Under the pieces are notes generated by a model, which saw only the letters and a list, made by a program, of their open reading frames with translations, ran no database searches and was not told the DNA's origin. DNA of 43,416 nucleotides from a bacterium (lineage in GTDB: Bacteria > Babelota > Babeliae > Babelales > CAIQNR01), in contig CANNMA010000002.1 of the NCBI GenBank assembly GCA_947505805.1, forward strand, positions 1-43,416, written 5' to 3'. Below, in pieces: positions 38,204-43,416 of the stretch. Each line of letters begins with the position of its first letter. Position 1 is the stretch's first letter. Made by a program: the position numbers and the translations under genes.

Positions 38204-39049
38204 ATGTCGCAGCTCATTCATCTTGCCCAACGAATAAAAGCGGTTACAACCATTAAAAAAATTACAAGCGCTATGCGACTTATCTCTCGTTCATTTCATA
38301 CCCGTATGCATAAAGAAGCAAAATTTGTAAATGATTATACCCATGCACTTCATAAAACAGTTGATGAGCTGTATGCACATCTTCCAGAAAAAAGCGCCCT
38401 ACAAACCCCTGTAAGCATACATGGCAAAAAATTAATCATACTTATAGGATCACAAAAAGGGCTCTGTGGAAGTTACAATACAACCATAATTCATTGGATA
38501 CATACACATTTACGAAAATTACAATCAGAAGATATGCATCTAATTGTACTTGGAAAAAAAATTGATGATTATCTTAAAAACCTCCATATACATCATCAAC
38601 GGTTACTTCCTGAACTCAAATTATCAAATATTAGTTCTGTCACTCAAAAACTTCTTGATGAAATTAATGGCTACACAGATGTAAAAGCAGTTAGTAACTG
38701 GCCAAAAACATTCTTATCCCATGAATATAGAGAGACCCAATTAATTCCGTTTAACTATACCCATAAAAAATCATCCTCCGAATGTGGCGATTATGCATGG
38801 TCTCATAGTCCTGAAATAATTTTAGAAACAATTATGAAAACTGAATTACACGTTAACCTGTATTCTTTATTGTTTTTTTCATTATCAGGAGAACAATCAG
38901 CTCGATTTATTGCAATGGATAATGCAACCAGAAATGCAAACAAATTTCTTGATAGTATGAAGTTACAATTTAATAAAATGCGACAAGCAAAAATCACTAA
39001 AGAACTTTCGGAGCTTGCTGGAGCATTTGAAACGCAATCATCTATTTAA
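38204..39049 (+). CDS. atpG: F-type ATP synthase gamma subunit homolog (stand-alone)
   Basis: ATG at 38204 with AAGAGGA RBS. N-terminal helix RIKAVTTIKKITSAMRLIS, GLCGSYN loop, C-terminal helix GEQSARFIAMDNATRNA..FNKMRQAKITKELSEL. Confidence 0.85.
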   Translation: MSQLIHLAQRIKAVTTIKKITSAMRLISRSFHTRMHKEAKFVNDYTHALHKTVDELYAHLPEKSALQTPVSIHGKKLIILIGSQKGLCGSYNTTIIHWIHTHLRKLQSEDMHLIVLGKKIDDYLKNLHIHHQRLLPELKLSNISSVTQKLLDEINGYTDVKAVSNWPKTFLSHEYRETQLIPFNYTHKKSSSECGDYAWSHSPEIILETIMKTELHVNLYSLLFFSLSGEQSARFIAMDNATRNANKFLDSMKLQFNKMRQAKITKELSELAGAFETQSSI

Positions 39050-39051
39050 AA

Positions 39052-40392
39052 TCATTCTCGTAAAACGATTGAAGCCCCAAGCTGCCGAAGCTTATTTTCT
39101 AAGCCATCGTAACCGCGTTTCCAATGATAAACACCAGAAATAGTGGTTTGCCCTTTAGCAACTAACCCTGCAAGCGCTAAACAACATGAAGCACGAATAT
39201 CACTTGCTATTACATGAGCCCCATACAGCTCTTCAACTCCACGAATAGTTGCCGTGTCATATGCTATTTCAATCTGAGCTCCCATTTTTACAAGCTCCCG
39301 AGCATGCATAAGACGATTTTCATACACCGTCTCTTGTACCTTTGAAACCCCCTGAGCCATCGCAAGAGCAGCCATTAATGGTGCCTGCAAATCGGTCGGA
39401 TAGCCTGGATAAGGAGCAGTTTTTATTGAAACTGCGCGCGGATTTTTGGTTGCACGAATTTTGACTCCAATACCATTTTTTCCAATTAAAATCGTATGCC
39501 CCATCTCTTGTAATTTAATCAGAAATAAACCCATCGTATGGGCCGGTGCTTGAGGAAGATGTACATACCCACCAGTAATAGCTCCTGCCAGTAAAAGCGG
39601 TCCAGCTTCCATACGGTCAAACATTACCGTGTGATCAGCAGGAAGAAGCTGATCAACTCCTTCAATCACTAATGTCGCTGGTACTTCTATTGAAATGCGC
39701 GCTCCCATGGAACGTAATGACTCAATAAGATCAAATACTTCTGGCTCAAGCGCAGCATTAATAATTTTAGTTGTTCCTGGAGTAAGTACTGCAAGCATTA
39801 AAAGGTTTTCTGTTGCGCCAACAGAAGGATACTCAAGGAGTAAGTTTCTACTTTGTAGATGGTTTACATATGCAGTTAAAAGATCTCCATGCTGTTCAAC
39901 CGTAACGCCCATTTTTTCAAAATTTTTTAAATGATAATCAACTGGTCGTTCACCAATAACATCTCCTCCTGGAAAAGCTATTTCAACTTTTCCAAACCGA
40001 GCAAGAAGTGGCCCCATAACAAGTACTGATGCACGCATTTTTTTCATAATATCAGGGCTAACTCTGTACCCATCCAATTTACGAGTATCAACCTCTAAAA
40101 TATTATCCCGTTCATCAAAAGTAATACAAGCTCCTAACTCTGTTAAAAGCTTAATCATTTGAAACACATCATCAGAAGCAGGAACATTGCGTAAAATAGA
40201 AATACCACGCGATAAAATAAGTGAAGTCATAATAACAAGCACTGCATTTTTTGCGCCTGACAAAAATAATTGCCCATCTAACGCAAGCGATTGTTCAACT
40301 ATTAAATAGGGCGCTTCTACAGAAATTTTTCCCGTCAATGGTTGTTCTTTAGCTCTATGAGAATCATGATTAAACAATGTCTGATTAGACAT
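39052..40392 (-). CDS. murA: UDP-N-acetylglucosamine 1-carboxyvinyltransferase
   Basis: LSGAKNAVLVIM, MRASVLVMGPLLARFG, FPGGDVIGERPVDYH and YPGYPTDLQAP motifs. Confidence 0.95.
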   Translation of the reverse strand: MSNQTLFNHDSHRAKEQPLTGKISVEAPYLIVEQSLALDGQLFLSGAKNAVLVIMTSLILSRGISILRNVPASDDVFQMIKLLTELGACITFDERDNILEVDTRKLDGYRVSPDIMKKMRASVLVMGPLLARFGKVEIAFPGGDVIGERPVDYHLKNFEKMGVTVEQHGDLLTAYVNHLQSRNLLLEYPSVGATENLLMLAVLTPGTTKIINAALEPEVFDLIESLRSMGARISIEVPATLVIEGVDQLLPADHTVMFDRMEAGPLLLAGAITGGYVHLPQAPAHTMGLFLIKLQEMGHTILIGKNGIGVKIRATKNPRAVSIKTAPYPGYPTDLQAPLMAALAMAQGVSKVQETVYENRLMHARELVKMGAQIEIAYDTATIRGVEELYGAHVIASDIRASCCLALAGLVAKGQTTISGVYHWKRGYDGLENKLRQLGASIVLRE

Positions 40393-40500
40393 GAGATACT
40401 ACCTTTTGCTGATAATGTGTATACGATATTTTTGGCTAGTGTATACTAGGAAAACATTGTTTACAAATTGAATAAATCTTATTTTTTTCAAAAGGATTAT

Positions 40501-41103
40501 ATGTATAGCTCATCACCAAAAAAAGGATTCCTTGAAGTTATCTGTGGGCCAATGTTTTCAGGAAAATCAGAAGAGCTTATTCGCCGATTACGTCGCGCAC
40601 AAATTGGTCAGCAATCTGTTATTTCATTCAATCCAGGCATTGATACACGAACACCTTCCCATAAAATTGCTTCCCATAATGGAACATCATTTCAGGCGGT
40701 AACCATTCAGTCACCTGAACAAATGATGAATTTTATAACAACTACTCATAACGTAATTGGCATCGATGAAGCTCAATTTTTTTCAGCTGATCTTGTGAAT
40801 ATTATTTGTGACCTCATCGACTCAGGCAAGCGAGTTATTGTCACAGGCCTTAACCTTGATTTTAAAGCAGTTCCATTCGGTACTATCCCATTGTTAATGG
40901 CTATTGCTGATACGGTAACCAAGTTAAGTGCCATCTGCGTACTATGCGGAAATGATGCTTACCTAACACAACGAATTGTAAACAATGAACCAGCAAAATT
41001 TGATGATCCTATTATAAAACCAGGCGCTCAAGAATCATATCAAGCTCGCTGTCGTTCATGTCACGTCATTGATAAGAAGCCTCTATGGCAAAAAACTCTG
41101 TAA
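40501..41103 (+). CDS. tdk: thymidine kinase
   Basis: GPMFSGKSEELIRR P-loop, IGIDEAQFF, and a C-terminal Zn-binding C..C...C..C. The ATG at 40501 is preferred over the TTG at 40468. Confidence 0.92.
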   Translation: MYSSSPKKGFLEVICGPMFSGKSEELIRRLRRAQIGQQSVISFNPGIDTRTPSHKIASHNGTSFQAVTIQSPEQMMNFITTTHNVIGIDEAQFFSADLVNIICDLIDSGKRVIVTGLNLDFKAVPFGTIPLLMAIADTVTKLSAICVLCGNDAYLTQRIVNNEPAKFDDPIIKPGAQESYQARCRSCHVIDKKPLWQKTL

Positions 41104-42473
41104 GTTTTTCCTGTTCAAACTGCCAGCATAGCTCTATCAAATGGTTAGGATGCTGTCCTTCATGTAATGAATGGAATAGTTTTATTGAAGAAAAAGCACA
41201 TTTTAGTCCTGTGCTTGGTGGGAAAAAAACAGGAACATCTAGAACAGCAACGGGAGAATTGCTACCACTCAAAACGCTTCATGAAATTGAATTTTCCGAA
41301 CAAAAACGAATGCTTTCTGGAATAGCTGAATGGGACAATGTGCTTGGTGGAGGGATAATGCCAGGGTCTTTATTAATTTTGACAGGAGACCCAGGAATTG
41401 GAAAATCTACTTTGCTCTTACATGTAGCACATAAGTTAGCAAACAATTATTCTGTTTTTTACTTTTCATCAGAAGAATCACTTGAACAAGTTAAAAATCG
41501 TGCAATGCGAATTGATAGTATTCATGATTCACTTTTGTTTTCAGATAAAGCAAATATTGAAGGCATTATTCATACTTCTCAAGAACGCAAGCCAGATATC
41601 ATTATTATTGACTCCATTCAAAACTGCTTCTTTTCTGAAACACAAACCTTTCCGGGAACTGTTGGACAACTTCGAGAAACCTCATTCGCCCTTATGCGCC
41701 TTGCAAAAGAGCATGGCATTGCAGTTATTATCACCTGTCACATTACCAAAGAAGGTCATATGGCAGGACCAAAAACATTAGAACATATGGTCGACGGAGT
41801 TTTTTATTTACAAGGTGAAGATCGCTGGCATACCCGTATCCTACGAAGCGTTAAAAATCGTTTTGGCGCACTTCATGAACTTGGTTTTTTTTCAATGACT
41901 GAAAAAGGTATGGAAGAAGTTCCACACATTAATCAATTTCTTTTAAGCGAATCAACAGCAGCGGCAGGAGCAGTACTGGTCAGTTGCTTAGAAGGGTCAA
42001 GACCGCTACTTCTTGAAATTCAAGCGCTCGTAGTTCAATCAAAATTTGGAGTTCCTCAACGAGTAGTAACAGGACTTGATCATAAGCGAGTTGTACTTAT
42101 TGCCGCTATTTTAGAAAAATATTTATTCATCAAATTCAGCTCTCAAGATATTTTTGTAAAAGTAAGTGGTGGCATAAAACTTACTGAAAGCTCATCAGAT
42201 CTTGGAATTGCACTTGCACTTCTTTCAAGTTATTTTCAGCAAGCCCTACCAGAAAAATCAATGGCACTTGCTGAAATAAGCCTTACAGGAGCACTCAAAC
42301 CAATTAATGGTATAGAAACCCAATTAAAAGAAGCTCAAAAATTTGGAATCAAAAAAATATTTGTTGCGGCAGGACAAAAAACAACAAGTACCAGTATCAA
42401 AGCATTTTCTTCTGTCTATCAACTTCTCAGTTTATTTGATGATAGCCCGGATCAAACCATAGAACAAAAATAG
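41085..42473 (+). CDS. radA: DNA repair protein RadA (Sms)
   Basis: N-terminal zinc finger CSNCQ..CPSCNEW, Walker A GDPGIGKSTLLL, KNRFG motif, and a Lon-protease-like C-terminal domain. Overlaps tdk by 19 nt. Confidence 0.94.
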   Translation: MAKNSVSFSCSNCQHSSIKWLGCCPSCNEWNSFIEEKAHFSPVLGGKKTGTSRTATGELLPLKTLHEIEFSEQKRMLSGIAEWDNVLGGGIMPGSLLILTGDPGIGKSTLLLHVAHKLANNYSVFYFSSEESLEQVKNRAMRIDSIHDSLLFSDKANIEGIIHTSQERKPDIIIIDSIQNCFFSETQTFPGTVGQLRETSFALMRLAKEHGIAVIITCHITKEGHMAGPKTLEHMVDGVFYLQGEDRWHTRILRSVKNRFGALHELGFFSMTEKGMEEVPHINQFLLSESTAAAGAVLVSCLEGSRPLLLEIQALVVQSKFGVPQRVVTGLDHKRVVLIAAILEKYLFIKFSSQDIFVKVSGGIKLTESSSDLGIALALLSSYFQQALPEKSMALAEISLTGALKPINGIETQLKEAQKFGIKKIFVAAGQKTTSTSIKAFSSVYQLLSLFDDSPDQTIEQK

Positions 42474-42607
42474 TTGCTGGATAATTCAAATAATAAAAGT
42501 ACTTACTTAAAAGCCTTTCCGTCATAACATTTACAAACAGTAAAAAAGATTCTATGCTTTTTATTTATTATTAATATTTTTACCTTATTTTATTTTAAAG
42601 GATTTTT

Positions 42608-43219
42608 ATGAAATACTTATTAAGCATGTTTATACTTTCTAGTGCTCTTTTTGCAGCCGAATCACCAATAACTCCATCATCTATGTCACCAGCAAAACAG
42701 AGCGAGCCTTCGCCATTTGCAGAAATAGAAAAAATGACACTACGAGAATTAGAATGCTATGAAAAACATTTTAAAAAAGCTGCAGAAACAATCACAACTG
42801 ATTGGACAAATGCAAAAAAAGATGGTCGTATAACTCCAAAAGGCCTTGAACGTATTCGCGAAAAACTACATCCTAAACAAATAGCTCTTGAAATCCTCAA
42901 CTTTGAACAAAAAAAACGCCGCGAAGGTGGAGCTCTTAGGGATGCAGAAGAAGCTGATCGATACACAAAACTATTAGAACTATTTAATGAAAAGTGGAAA
43001 AACCAACCAGCTGCAAAACCAAGAAGTAGATCTGCATCAGCAACTTCTATGGATGCGCAATCTAATAGCAGATCTGCATCATGCCCAGTTGCCTTAATGC
43101 CAATCCTTAAAACTCGTTCTTTAGCTGTCGTAGCATCACCTCTTACAACTACATCAAGCCCGCTACGTTCTTCTTCTGCAACAGTTCATTTTTCATTCGA
43201 TACTATTGATAAGAGCTAA
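42608..43219 (+). CDS. hypothetical exported protein; charged helical middle and S/T/R-rich tail
   Basis: Signal-like MKYLLSMFILSSALFAAES. ATG at 42608 preceded by AAAGGA. No family recognised. Confidence 0.6.
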   Translation: MKYLLSMFILSSALFAAESPITPSSMSPAKQSEPSPFAEIEKMTLRELECYEKHFKKAAETITTDWTNAKKDGRITPKGLERIREKLHPKQIALEILNFEQKKRREGGALRDAEEADRYTKLLELFNEKWKNQPAAKPRSRSASATSMDAQSNSRSASCPVALMPILKTRSLAVVASPLTTTSSPLRSSSATVHFSFDTIDKS

Positions 43220-43311
43220 AAGGCTAACACGTTCTAAAAATGTACTTTTGCTAATCATCACAAAAAGAATTATTCTTAAAAACTATAATTTTTCTATTTT
43301 TGGAGTATTGC

Positions 43312-43416
43312 ATGAATGCCTCATTTAATGTGCTAAGACGAACTAGTTTTTGGTCTATAATTACAGGACTTGTTGTAGCAAGTATCATTTTTACAGCTGC
43401 ATTTTTTTCTCATAAC
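43312..43416 (+). CDS. 5' fragment of a membrane protein gene (runs off the window)
   Basis: ATG at 43312 with GGAG 8 nt upstream. MNASFNVLRRTSFWSIITGLVVASIIFTAAFF is an N-terminal TM anchor. Open to the window end. Confidence 0.4.
   Translation, partial: MNASFNVLRRTSFWSIITGLVVASIIFTAAFFSHN

Overview
AT-rich bacterial chromosomal window that reads cleanly in the standard code. I saw no rRNA, CRISPR array, transposase or integrase. The backbone is a roughly 16-kb co-directional minus-strand block: tRNA-Tyr/Gly/Thr/Thr, rpmG, tRNA-Trp, secE, nusG, rplK, rplA, rplJ, rplL, rpoB, rpoC, tRNA-Val, rpsO, pnp, rph and a holA-like gene. It is flanked by housekeeping genes: a pcrA/uvrD-type helicase, tspO, photolyase, trpS, a cdaA-like/ybbR-like/glmM trio, a DUF502 protein, a bfd-like ferredoxin, tsaE, a yacP-like NYN protein, a stand-alone atpG, murA, tdk and radA. 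Four orphan ORFs carry N-terminal signal or anchor sequences (45-1007, 6939-9419, 10056-10373, 42608-43219). The most unusual content is: (1) a tandem array of three paralogous MutS-family genes (30668-36842) that have N-terminal hydrophobic leaders and internal hydrophobic segments but no mismatch-recognition domain, with one copy lacking the ATPase; (2) a 256-bp non-coding composite palindrome (9671-9926) whose diverged arms each keep a local hairpin through a compensatory change; (3) a cdaA-cdaR-glmM-type operon whose cyclase-like protein lacks the DGA and RHR catalytic motifs; (4) a roughly 55-aa Cys-rich insertion near the RpoB N-terminus; (5) an atpG gene detached from any atp operon; (6) MurA with Asp at the fosfomycin-target Cys position. 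The compact gene spacing and the exported orphans suggest a reduced-genome, possibly host-associated bacterium (perhaps Dependentiae/TM6-like). That lineage is an unverified guess. All family assignments come from motif recognition by eye, not from database searches.
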